IMG/VR virus record: IMGVR_UViG_3300046171_000308
DNA length: 20,000 bases
Origin: an uncultured virus (IMG/VR IMGVR_UViG_3300046171_000308)
Taxonomy: Duplodnaviria > Heunggongvirae > Uroviricota > Caudoviricetes
Direction: 5' to 3' (one strand)
Of this stretch, positions 1-8,354 are shown one piece after another. A program made the position numbers and the translations under genes. The notes below the pieces were generated by a model, which had not been told where the DNA came from, did no database searches, and saw only the letters and a program-made list of their open reading frames with translations. Numbering within the stretch: the stretch's first letter is position 1; each line of letters opens with the position of its first letter.

Positions 1-1
1 C

Positions 2-892
2 ATAGTTCATTTCCATCAAGCAGATTCGGTCTCCTCTGATTGTAGCTGCGCTAGACCAATAAAAATCATTGGCTGCAGCTCGTTGGGCTACTGCTACGGG
101 GCTTACATTCCACTTGGGGGGTATATCGAAAGGGGCATCAGCGTACGGATGATACTCTCCACCTACTCCATAGGTGTTTTTGTAACCTACTAACTTTGTA
201 ACTATGCAGTGTGGTTGTCCGACTTGTAAAGTTAAAGTTCCCATCGAACCAGGGGTTACCCAAGATTTGCCATCGTAAACATACACAGCAGAAGTACCTA
301 GCCAACCACCATCTAAGTTTTGCGAATACCTTACATTCTCTCCACGTGTCTTTTCAGCAGTATTTATCCCGTGACGAGTATAACTATGCTCGCTTATTTT
401 CCCACCCCACTCAGTATCGCTGACTGAATCTGCGACTACTGCTTCGTTAGGAATGAAGCCTAAGCTCTCGTAAGTATTGGGGTTATTACGTAATAGTTGT
501 CGGGACTTTACGTCTAAGTAAGTTGGGTTAAGGTCTGTTGGTATGGTATGAGCAATATGGAAGTTTAGATTGTTAAGGGGCTTTTCGAGAATAAAGGAAT
601 AAGAAAGAGAACGGGTAACGGGAGTGACGAATGCTAAAAATTGATTTCGCTGGTATTGGAAGGTGCCGTAAAAGTATCCTCTACCAGAGAGCTTGGCGTG
701 TATGGTAATTCGCTCACCTACGCGATAATTAAAGTTAGACTGGCTAATCATACCGTCTTTGACTATAATTTTGGGTCTAATGTTACCACGTTGAATAGCA
801 ACTTCTTCTATTACAGGGCCAGGGTCTGCTCCGCCTAGGCTTGATGGCTTAATGAAGTGGCTAGTTTTCCTAGCTGCTTGTCTTGCTCTCAT
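2..892 (-). CDS. Partial (runs off the window start) hypothetical protein, >=297 aa, likely virion structural; absent from the ORF track
   Basis: ATG at 892 overlaps the TGA of the upstream gene (ATGA). The frame stays open to the window edge: MRARQAARKTSHFIKPSSLGGADPGPVIEEVAIQRGNIRPKIIVKDG...RGDRICLMEMNY. Rich in aromatic residues, Gly and Thr, consistent with beta structure. Confidence 0.85.
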   Translation of the reverse strand, partial: MRARQAARKTSHFIKPSSLGGADPGPVIEEVAIQRGNIRPKIIVKDGMISQSNFNYRVGERITIHAKLSGRGYFYGTFQYQRNQFLAFVTPVTRSLSYSFILEKPLNNLNFHIAHTIPTDLNPTYLDVKSRQLLRNNPNTYESLGFIPNEAVVADSVSDTEWGGKISEHSYTRHGINTAEKTRGENVRYSQNLDGGWLGTSAVYVYDGKSWVTPGSMGTLTLQVGQPHCIVTKLVGYKNTYGVGGEYHPYADAPFDIPPKWNVSPVAVAQRAAANDFYWSSAATIRGDRICLMEMNY

Positions 893-2409
893 CGGCGCAA
901 CACTCCCTGCATGCTACTACGCAGTGCAGGGAATAATCCAGCAAGGCCGGGGGTGCGCTGATTAGGAGTTAATACTGGCCGTCCATTTCCTCTGGTCTTA
1001 TCTACACTGCCTAAACTTACTTGCCTAGAAACTGGGATGTTAATATTTCTGGGTCTACTGCCGATGTTGTGACTTAGAACTGTGCTATTTTGCCTCATTG
1101 TACAGGCTCTTTCGACCGCGGTCATAAGGCCTTTAAAATGAGAATCTTCTAGTTTTCCAAGTTCTTTGTTAATTAATTCTCGAACTTCTATGACTGATTT
1201 ACCTCTTGTGCTTTGGGAGCGATTATCGGTGCTAATATTGATTCCAGATTGTAGTTGACCGCTTTCCCACTTTATCAGAGTATCCCTGACTATTTTTTCT
1301 GAGGTTGCAAGTACTGATAGAGTTTTATTTATCCAAAACTCTCGCTCTGATGCGGTAAGACATGCTCCGTATTGTCCATTAACCCCAAGAGTCTGAAGCG
1401 CGAATTTTTTTCCGTCTTTGAGTCTTTGTAGATAAGTGTTCAGTAAATCATAGTATTCAGCAGAATGGGTTACGACTGGGCCGGGTGCGGATTGGCGAAT
1501 ATCCTCGGTAAACTGGTCGGCTATAGCACTTCTATTAGCAGAAGAAGGAGAACGCATAGCAAGAAGAAGGGCAGTTTGAGTTACTATGCCTGAACCTTTG
1601 TGTACCGGGCGTGGACCTTTCATATGCTTAGGTACTGCACCTAGTCTAGATGAATGTGATTTACCTACTATGTTAGCTGCTTGATTTTGCACTACGTTAT
1701 TCACGCGGTTGGTAGAGTTAATTGCATTTTGCACAATATTATCAACAGTCTGGCTTCTTGCCTTAGACTTGGCTGCCTCTTGTACCATTTGCTTTTGCTT
1801 TTCTTTAGTAGCGTTTTTAGCGTCTACCATACTTTTTTTGCCGTTCATAATTAGCTCAGTGTCTCGCTGGGCTTCATACATATCTTTGACTGCTTCTGCT
1901 TTGATAACAGCGTTGATTTGATTATTTACTCTTACTTGGTCTGATACCTGCTTTAGCCATGGCATACTTGGAGGGGCAGTAACACGGTCTCTTCTTCCGG
2001 TATCAATAATTTCATTGACTGGTTTAACAGGGCCGTTTTGCCTCTTGGCTTGGTCTTTAGTTACGGGTTTATCGAGAGAGACTCTGTCATTGGACTTAAA
2101 CATGTCAAGGATAGAAACCCTGTCACCTTTTGGTTTTTTACGAGCTACTTCGTCTTCATAGAAGAACGTGTCTCTTAGATTTGTTAACTCTCCCTGACGC
2201 TTATAGAGGGCTTCGATATTACCTCGGTGATAGTTTAGCATTTTTTTGCGGTAGTTGTTTTGTCTATCTAGTAATTCTAGGTGACGGGTAGCTAGTCCGA
2301 CGTTTGATACTAAGTTTCTATTGATATCGCTGCGTCGACGATTTATTTCTTGGTCAACAATACCAATTGTCCTTCTCAAGGTTTCTACTTCTCTGACGCT
2401 ACGGAACAT
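889..2409 (-). CDS. Basic (R/K/N/Q-rich) 506-aa protein with coiled-coil segments; putative virion core/internal protein
   Basis: Long ORF coupled to both neighbours (TAATG at 2409, ATGA at 889-892). Helical N-terminus, strongly basic. Function inferred from operon context only. Confidence 0.75.
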   Translation of the reverse strand: MFRSVREVETLRRTIGIVDQEINRRRSDINRNLVSNVGLATRHLELLDRQNNYRKKMLNYHRGNIEALYKRQGELTNLRDTFFYEDEVARKKPKGDRVSILDMFKSNDRVSLDKPVTKDQAKRQNGPVKPVNEIIDTGRRDRVTAPPSMPWLKQVSDQVRVNNQINAVIKAEAVKDMYEAQRDTELIMNGKKSMVDAKNATKEKQKQMVQEAAKSKARSQTVDNIVQNAINSTNRVNNVVQNQAANIVGKSHSSRLGAVPKHMKGPRPVHKGSGIVTQTALLLAMRSPSSANRSAIADQFTEDIRQSAPGPVVTHSAEYYDLLNTYLQRLKDGKKFALQTLGVNGQYGACLTASEREFWINKTLSVLATSEKIVRDTLIKWESGQLQSGINISTDNRSQSTRGKSVIEVRELINKELGKLEDSHFKGLMTAVERACTMRQNSTVLSHNIGSRPRNINIPVSRQVSLGSVDKTRGNGRPVLTPNQRTPGLAGLFPALRSSMQGVLRR

Positions 2410-2846
2410 TATTCTACTCTCCCTATTATTGCTGTGATTCCTAGTAGTATTGTTATACCTGCTAATGCGAAACTGGTTTTGTTACCCATAGCACCTAATC
2501 CTACTGTATGTAAAGAGTTTCTTTGTAGACGCGAATATTCTTGGAGAGGGGATAGGGTTTCTTTCTTCATTTGCGCTTTTAGTGCTAGGTTGATTTTTTT
2601 ATCTGTGTCTTTTAGGTCTTTGAGGGCTTTATCGTATTTACCTTTTAATTCTTTCATGTCCTTTTCAGCCTGCTTTTTGTAAGCTTTTGCTGCTTCTAGC
2701 TCTAGCTTTAGTTTGCTTTCTTGCAAAGCTGATGTATTATTATTATTTATCACGGGTGGTTTTGGCTTGCTCGCGCCTGGCACTAGGTTGAAGTTGTCAG
2801 CTATGTAGTCTGACTTGCTTCTTAGCCCGCCGAGCAAGAAAATCAC
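2409..2846 (-). CDS. Coiled-coil protein with C-terminal transmembrane anchor; putative virion membrane protein
   Basis: GTG start overlaps the upstream TGA (GTGA). Lys-rich heptads, then C-terminal FALAGITILLGITAIIG. Confidence 0.75.
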   Translation of the reverse strand: MIFLLGGLRSKSDYIADNFNLVPGASKPKPPVINNNNTSALQESKLKLELEAAKAYKKQAEKDMKELKGKYDKALKDLKDTDKKINLALKAQMKKETLSPLQEYSRLQRNSLHTVGLGAMGNKTSFALAGITILLGITAIIGRVE

Positions 2847-3280
2847 CGTGTCAATAGGTAACCTATTCCAAATAAAACTGCGAGTGTGCCCATTGACCCA
2901 GCAGTACTAGAAAGCATACCTAAATTGGAACCTGAAGAACCTGGTAATGATGGTACATCACCGAAGGTAGTTACTGAATTCATAATACCGCCTTCTTTTC
3001 TAACCATTTGCGGGTCACTACCGAAGTAAGCTAGTCCGACAGTTGCACTACCTATGTTATCGAAGCCTTTCTCTGATAGAGGAACCTCGTCTGGTAGTGG
3101 GTCAGACTTGTGAACTAAAGCTGACGAATTTACTTTCTTGTAGTAAAGTGCTTTAGGTGGGTTTGCTCGACCAAAAGTATTGACCTTTGAGAAAATTCCA
3201 TCTTCATGGGCGTTCCCAAATACGGCTACGCTGCCGAGAGATTTTGCTTTAAGTTTGGCTAATTGGTGGTTTGTTCTCAT
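2843..3280 (-). CDS. Low-complexity protein with C-terminal transmembrane anchor and repeated hydrophobic-Gly motifs
   Basis: C-terminal MGTLAVLFGIGYLLTR; repeated SLG/VFG/TFG/NIG/YFG/TFG/NLG/SMG; within the operon. Confidence 0.75.
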   Translation of the reverse strand: MRTNHQLAKLKAKSLGSVAVFGNAHEDGIFSKVNTFGRANPPKALYYKKVNSSALVHKSDPLPDEVPLSEKGFDNIGSATVGLAYFGSDPQMVRKEGGIMNSVTTFGDVPSLPGSSGSNLGMLSSTAGSMGTLAVLFGIGYLLTR

Positions 3281-3284
3281 ATTA

Positions 3285-3656
3285 TCACTTCACATAGGTG
3301 TCAAAAAGGTGCTTTCCTAATACCCCAACGGCGAAAGACAAACCAACAACGCCCCAGAATTCGCCACTTTTCATATCAAGTTGGCCGAATCTCTTAGACA
3401 TTTTCGGGTTGCCTCTAGGCATTGGAGCAGGAATGGCGGTAGATGCTGATGGGGCATGACCTAAATTAAATTCTTTTTTTACTTGTGGGGAATTTACCGC
3501 GTTCATTGCGGTGTTATCGGTTTTGAAATCTTTCATATCAGAGTTTCCTAAGCCGGAAACCATCTTTCCATCAGAACCCTGATTCATAGTTTGGACAAAT
3601 ATAGGCCCGTCGTCAGTACTTGCTTCGTCGGTGATTCCCATGAATGGTTTATGCAT
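3285..3656 (-). CDS. Small protein with C-terminal transmembrane anchor; putative virion membrane protein
   Basis: Start coupled to the upstream stop (TAATG) with GGAGG upstream. Disordered-looking N-terminus, C-terminal FWGVVGLSFAVGVLG. Confidence 0.75.
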   Translation of the reverse strand: MHKPFMGITDEASTDDGPIFVQTMNQGSDGKMVSGLGNSDMKDFKTDNTAMNAVNSPQVKKEFNLGHAPSASTAIPAPMPRGNPKMSKRFGQLDMKSGEFWGVVGLSFAVGVLGKHLFDTYVK

Positions 3657-4363
3657 TACTTTCTACCTCCTAATAATCCTAACTTTCTAGCCCATACTAT
3701 TGGTCGCGGCGTAAGTGCGCCTAAACCGGGCGAGGGACTTCTACCAAATGAATTAGTCGGTCTACCAGATAATCCAGCTATTTGCTGTTTCATAACAGGA
3801 ACCCTACTAGTTCCTGGGTCAGCTACTAACGGATATACGCTACTAACCTTTACTGATTCTCCTAGCTTAAATGTAGGGAATATTAACTCGCAAGGAATCC
3901 ACCTAGTACCAAATTCCTTTGTTGGGGCGGTTGTTCTAGTAAGAAGCATTACATGATTGAATACTCCATCAGCATTAGAGTCCACTATTAATGCCCCACA
4001 AGGATATCCAATCGAACCAAGTAAGGCTCCAGCTACAATTACAAAGTCATCGCAATCAGCTGCGCTCCTTCCTTCTTCTACATCCTTGAGAAGTCTTCTT
4101 GCAGACATAAAATACTCTACATTCATTGGGTCTTTGCGATAAACTACATTGTTTTGTACCCATTTGACTATGGCTCTTATTTCACCTAGTTCATCGTGAC
4201 CTTTAACGCCTGCTCGGTCTACTATACTAATCGCTTTGCGACGAACATATTCATCGCGTAATCCGTCTTCTATTAGTTGTTGAAGATAAGTTACTACGGA
4301 CTTGAATCTTTTCTCTGCTGGTACATGGTCAGGGTATCGAATACGTAATATTCGGTCCGCCAT
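3656..4363 (-). CDS. Transglutaminase-like (papain-fold) cysteine protease; putative virion maturation protease
   Basis: Typical motifs: IVKWVQNNVVYRKDP, ADCDDF (Cys104), LLGSIGYP, FNHV (His137), WIPCE (Glu159). First gene of the structural-looking operon. Confidence 0.82.
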   Translation of the reverse strand: MADRILRIRYPDHVPAEKRFKSVVTYLQQLIEDGLRDEYVRRKAISIVDRAGVKGHDELGEIRAIVKWVQNNVVYRKDPMNVEYFMSARRLLKDVEEGRSAADCDDFVIVAGALLGSIGYPCGALIVDSNADGVFNHVMLLTRTTAPTKEFGTRWIPCELIFPTFKLGESVKVSSVYPLVADPGTSRVPVMKQQIAGLSGRPTNSFGRSPSPGLGALTPRPIVWARKLGLLGGRK

Positions 4364-4383
4364 AACGACCCCATATCACAATA

Positions 4384-4414
4384 TGACTTAACTGTGTCCC
4401 AAGTATTAAGGTCA
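4384..4414. promoter_or_regulatory. Back-to-back putative promoters for the leaderless protease and rusA genes
   Basis: Minus-strand TTAAGTCA (4391-4384) ends 20 nt before ATG 4363. Plus-strand TTAAGGTCA (4406-4414) ends 19 nt before ATG 4434. Both sit at the archaeal TATA-box position. Confidence 0.6.
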
Positions 4415-4433
4415 GAGTGAAGAGTCCCTACTC

Positions 4434-4874
4434 ATGGTTAAGCTACTAATTAGCATACCAGCCGAGCCAGTGGCTCAGGGGCGTCCTAGATTAAGTAGTA
4501 GGGGAGGCTTTGCTAGAGCTTATGACCCCCCTAAAAGTAGGTCTTGGAAGGCCTTTGTGGCTGACTATGCTGAACGTGCTATGAAACAAGCGGGATTAGA
4601 AACTCCTATGGATGGACCATTAATAGTCAAAGTAAGATTTGCTTTTCCACTGCCTAAAAGTCAACATCGTAAAAAAATTAAACCAGCAACTTGGCATATG
4701 AAGCGCCCTGATTTAGATAATTTATACAAAGGTCTGATAGATGGAATGGAAGGAATAGTATATCATCGTGACTCTGAGATTGTCAAAGTAATAATGGACA
4801 AAATAATAGTTGAGCAAGGAAAGGCACCGTATGTCAACGTCTCGATAGCGACAATCGAGGCTTTGAATCTCTAG
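4434..4874 (+). CDS. rusA: RusA-family Holliday junction resolvase
   Basis: PVAQGRPR start, AYDPPKSRSWK, catalytic KRPDLDNLYKGLIDGMEGIVYHRDSEIV motif. Confidence 0.93.
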   Translation: MVKLLISIPAEPVAQGRPRLSSRGGFARAYDPPKSRSWKAFVADYAERAMKQAGLETPMDGPLIVKVRFAFPLPKSQHRKKIKPATWHMKRPDLDNLYKGLIDGMEGIVYHRDSEIVKVIMDKIIVEQGKAPYVNVSIATIEALNL

Positions 4875-5664
4875 TTAATTTTTTATCATTCCTAGCAAGA
4901 CGTGGGGTTGGTTTCGGCATTTTAATATCCCGAGATACTTCTTCGTTGTCTTCTAGTAGATTGTAATTACCTTCTGATTCAGTAGTTGCAAATTCAACCC
5001 AATCATCTGCTTCTTCTGTGGGTAGGCTTGGTGATAACTTAATCTGAGACGTGTCAATTTCGACTATGTCCGAGGCAATTGGTTGTCTCTCCTGGATAAA
5101 CGACATAATTTCTTCTGCTGCTCCTAAAAGTTGCTTCCAATTAATTCTTTTAGCCTGAGAGATATACTCATCAACTTCTATATTTCTCAGGTTGTCTAAT
5201 ACTGAATTTAGTCCAGACTTATTTTCTTTTAGTTTTTCTACTACATCAGATACACTATCGAGGTCTAACCCAGTTAAATCTACTCCTACTGACCTAAATA
5301 TTTCTTTTGCTTCGTCTAAGTCGTTAGTAAAACCATTCACTTTTTGATTAGCTTCTTCTAGAGTATCTTCTAGCTTGTCCATCTGTGCATTTACAAACTC
5401 CAAATGCTGAAGAGACTCGCTGCTTTTATCATCTAGCTTAATGGTAATATAAGCAATAACGGAATTAATAGAGCCGTTCATTATAGCTAAAGATACTATC
5501 CCGGAAAATAATGCATCCATACCTATCGCTACATATAACAAACCAAAAGTAGCGAGAGCAGGGATGAAGAAAAAGAATGCATAAAGCCAAACTGGCCACT
5601 TTGCTTTGCCAGCGAAATGGTCTTTGGCTTCGTCGATAGTCATTTCTTGCATTTCCCAACCCAT
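4834..5664 (-). CDS. Membrane protein with two N-terminal TM helices, a coiled coil, an acidic region and a basic tail
   Basis: Hydrophobic WPVWLYAFFFFIPALATFGLLYVAIG and ALFSGIVSLAIMNGSINSVIAYITI, followed by heptads. AGGTGA SD at 5669-5674. Confidence 0.8.
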   Translation of the reverse strand: MGWEMQEMTIDEAKDHFAGKAKWPVWLYAFFFFIPALATFGLLYVAIGMDALFSGIVSLAIMNGSINSVIAYITIKLDDKSSESLQHLEFVNAQMDKLEDTLEEANQKVNGFTNDLDEAKEIFRSVGVDLTGLDLDSVSDVVEKLKENKSGLNSVLDNLRNIEVDEYISQAKRINWKQLLGAAEEIMSFIQERQPIASDIVEIDTSQIKLSPSLPTEEADDWVEFATTESEGNYNLLEDNEEVSRDIKMPKPTPRLARNDKKLTRDSKPRLSLSRR

Positions 5665-5672
5665 TTACTCAC

Positions 5673-7253
5673 CTACTGTGATTGTATCTGAGTTATAATC
5701 GTAGTACATAGGGCGGCGACTTCTGGTCTGCTTAAGAATTGGTAGTCAAATTTAACTCCGCCTGTTTCGACGAACGGTTGTATTATGCCCATGAGTTCTG
5801 TATAGTTATTCTTCGAGAATATTTCCCAGAATACTGGGTTTTCTTTAAGCTGTCCGATGATATAATTCACAACCACGGTTTCTGATGTTCCTTTTTGCAC
5901 TTCTAAGAGAGCCTTTTCTAAGCCTTGTGCAATATCTCTGATAGAACGGATGAAGGTTATTCGCTTGGCTACTTCTTGTAGTTGTTGTTCAACCGTATAA
6001 TTAGAATACTCTATCAGTATATTATCTACTGTAATGGAAACCTGTTGCTGGACTGCTTCTAATTTCTTAGGGTCTTCTAACTCTGGGCCCATATTAGCCT
6101 TTAGTTGCTCCATTATTGCATTTTTATATTCTGCTGGTTGCGGCTTCAGTTCAAGTATCTCTTGTTCTGTTATTTCAGGAGTATTTTCTTCTACTCCCTC
6201 ATCACCGAAAAATAAATCACTGGCTCCAGATGTTGTTGGTGGTGTGGGTTCTGGACCTGGTACAACCATTGGTTCTGGTTCAAAGGCCTGTGGTGGAGCA
6301 TAGTTGGCTACACTGGGTGTAGGTGCTACTGGAGTTCCTGCGTATGGGTCGTAATTTGGACTATCATAACCGGCTGGTCGGACTGGTTGATTCTTAGCTA
6401 AAGCTGCGCTAGCACCAGTTGCTACTGCTCCAAGTATTTCTGGCTGCAATAGTTTTCCAGCTACTCTTTCAAGTGCACTTTCGCTGCTACCGCCGCCTCC
6501 GTCTAATAGATTTTCTACCATTTTCTGTTTGAAGATTCCTTTCATATCAGAATCAAAAAAGCCGTCGCTATCCTTTGTGCGCATCATTTCTCTCATGAAG
6601 CTCATTTGTTGCATAGAAAATTGTTGGTCTCTTGCTTGTTGCTCTCTTCGTAACTCTGATTCTCTTTGCTGGTCTAGTCGGCGTTGCTCCATTTGCATCA
6701 TTTGTGCTTGATGTTGTTGTCGTGCTGCAATTTGTTGTTGCATCATCATGAATTGCATCATAGCACTCATAGAGTTTGATACAGAATCACCGCCAGGTGG
6801 TTTTGGCATTCCTTGTACAGAATACATGCCGTTATCTAAGCTTGGGTCTGAGAACGCTTCTGACTCCATTTTTTGCATTTGTTGCTTGTAAGCGTTAGAC
6901 GGTTCTACCTTTACTGATTCTGGTAGAGGGGAAACTACAGGAGTAACTCCGGCAAAAGAGTTAGTTTTTGGTGCGTTGCGTATTGCTTCGGTGATTTGGT
7001 CTTTGGTAAATCCCTTTGCCTGAAGCCAGGCTGCATAATACATTTTAATATCGTCACTGCGGCAACCAAGTTTAGATGCAATCTCACCAATAGCTGGGTG
7101 ATATGCTCCGCCTTCGTGGTAAGCTGGTCCATCATACCATTCACCATCTGCAAAAACTGCTTTGAGTAATTCTTTGCGGTCTTCAGAACTTAAGCGGTCC
7201 CATTCTGACTCTGGGCTATCGCTACCGCCCATGTCTAGGCCCAAGTCATCCAT
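5673..7253 (-). CDS. Acidic 526-aa hypothetical protein with a Gln/Met-rich coiled coil and a Pro-rich linker
   Basis: Long ORF with coupled start (TAATG) and GGAGG upstream. Contains MSAMMQFMMMQQQIAARQQHQAQMMQMEQRR and a helical C-terminal domain. Confidence 0.8.
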   Translation of the reverse strand: MDDLGLDMGGSDSPESEWDRLSSEDRKELLKAVFADGEWYDGPAYHEGGAYHPAIGEIASKLGCRSDDIKMYYAAWLQAKGFTKDQITEAIRNAPKTNSFAGVTPVVSPLPESVKVEPSNAYKQQMQKMESEAFSDPSLDNGMYSVQGMPKPPGGDSVSNSMSAMMQFMMMQQQIAARQQHQAQMMQMEQRRLDQQRESELRREQQARDQQFSMQQMSFMREMMRTKDSDGFFDSDMKGIFKQKMVENLLDGGGGSSESALERVAGKLLQPEILGAVATGASAALAKNQPVRPAGYDSPNYDPYAGTPVAPTPSVANYAPPQAFEPEPMVVPGPEPTPPTTSGASDLFFGDEGVEENTPEITEQEILELKPQPAEYKNAIMEQLKANMGPELEDPKKLEAVQQQVSITVDNILIEYSNYTVEQQLQEVAKRITFIRSIRDIAQGLEKALLEVQKGTSETVVVNYIIGQLKENPVFWEIFSKNNYTELMGIIQPFVETGGVKFDYQFLSRPEVAALCTTIITQIQSQ

Positions 7254-7468
7254 TACTCTTCCTCCTCTTCAGGTCCTACTATTTGTTCGATATCTTTGAG
7301 ATAGCCGTCGAGGGTTGCTAATTCTCCTTCTATAATTTCTATAGTTTTTGTTGCTTGTTCAAGCTGGCCTTCTGCTTGCTCTTTTGCTTGAATCATTTGT
7401 GCTCTGTTATTTTTATAGCCTTCTCTTAATATTTTCATATGTTTTTCTACAATTGTTTCTTCACTCAT
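7253..7468 (-). CDS. Small coiled-coil hypothetical protein (probable start ATG 7468)
   Basis: AGGTGA SD at 7474-7479 precedes ATG 7468; heptad pattern; acidic tail. Confidence 0.72.
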   Translation of the reverse strand: MSEETIVEKHMKILREGYKNNRAQMIQAKEQAEGQLEQATKTIEIIEGELATLDGYLKDIEQIVGPEEEEE

Positions 7469-7922
7469 TGTCTTCACCTTCCTCTAATGGAAATCCGTTT
7501 TCGTCACAGATGACTTCGTTTCCGTCGTCATCGTAAAAGAATAGTTCTCCGCTTTCTTCGTCTTCGTAAATTACTATCTCTTCAGCATCACTAGGTACTC
7601 CGTCGTTTACTTTTGAGATATTTTCTTTAACGTTTCTAAAAAATGATACTCCTTTGGCCACAGCATTAGAACCTAACATTGACGCTGACTCTGCTACAGC
7701 CTCTTGCATAACATCTGTGAGGCTACGCTCTTTTTTTGGAGGGCTAATCGGGATACCAGCCTCTATCAATGTAACCAAAGTTGCGATTATTTCTTGTCGC
7801 ATGATGTTTAATTGCTCATCAGCACGATAGGGGTTACCTTTCAAAGCTGCGAATGCAACATCCATATTTTTTTGATGGAGTGCTAGAGCTTCCGACAAAC
7901 CAGGGGGTATAACATCAGTCAT
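7461..7922 (-). CDS. Hypothetical protein with a very acidic C-terminus
   Basis: GAGGTGA SD at 7927-7933; within the operon; tail YEDEESGELFFYDDDGNEVICDENG. Confidence 0.78.
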   Translation of the reverse strand: MTDVIPPGLSEALALHQKNMDVAFAALKGNPYRADEQLNIMRQEIIATLVTLIEAGIPISPPKKERSLTDVMQEAVAESASMLGSNAVAKGVSFFRNVKENISKVNDGVPSDAEEIVIYEDEESGELFFYDDDGNEVICDENGFPLEEGEDNE

Positions 7923-7931
7923 TTAATCACC

Positions 7932-8276
7932 TCACTGTGCGTATGGGTCGTTGTTTGGGTCATCTTTATCTTTTGGAGCTTCGGTAGTTTCAGGCGTTGG
8001 GGGTGGAGTTTGAGCTGATGGTTCTTCTTCCCACTCATATTCCTCGTCGTCGAATGCATCGGCAATAAGTTCTGCTAATGCTTCTTCCCAAACAGATTCC
8101 CTAGCCTTTATGTCAGTCCATTTTAGATAGAGAACATTTTCCCAGACATACATTTCGAGCTTATCTTCGCTCTTGATGAACAATCCAAGGTTCCCCATCA
8201 AGGTAGTTACGTCGCTAAATTCAACTGGTTTGCCATCAGGGCCTCTTACAATCACAAGGTCGGTCTTCGCCTGCAT
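7932..8276 (-). CDS. Acidic hypothetical protein, probable leaderless head of the operon
   Basis: TTATGGTCA motif ends 21 nt upstream of the ATG. Small beta-rich N-terminal region, Pro/acidic tail. Confidence 0.75.
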   Translation of the reverse strand: MQAKTDLVIVRGPDGKPVEFSDVTTLMGNLGLFIKSEDKLEMYVWENVLYLKWTDIKARESVWEEALAELIADAFDDEEYEWEEEPSAQTPPPTPETTEAPKDKDDPNNDPYAQ

Positions 8277-8297
8277 GATTATACCAGGGTTTCACCA

Positions 8298-8306
8298 TGA
8301 CCATAA
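8298..8306 (-). promoter_or_regulatory. Putative promoter TTATGGTCA-N21-ATG
   Basis: Same 9-mer, same 21-nt spacing and same AATCATG start context as 10431-10439. Confidence 0.65.
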
Positions 8307-8327
8307 AGAAAATGACGAAATGAATAT

Positions 8328-8354
8328 ATTTTACATACGTTAATTATGTAAAAT
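8328..8354. repeat. Perfect 10-bp inverted repeat (ATTTTACATA-N7-TATGTAAAAT) in an AT-rich divergent intergenic region
   Basis: Read directly from the sequence; operator-like geometry. Confidence 0.55.

Noticed and set aside
211..838. + strand ORFs 211-423 and 641-838
   Set aside because: Antisense shadows of the long minus-strand ORF starting at 892.
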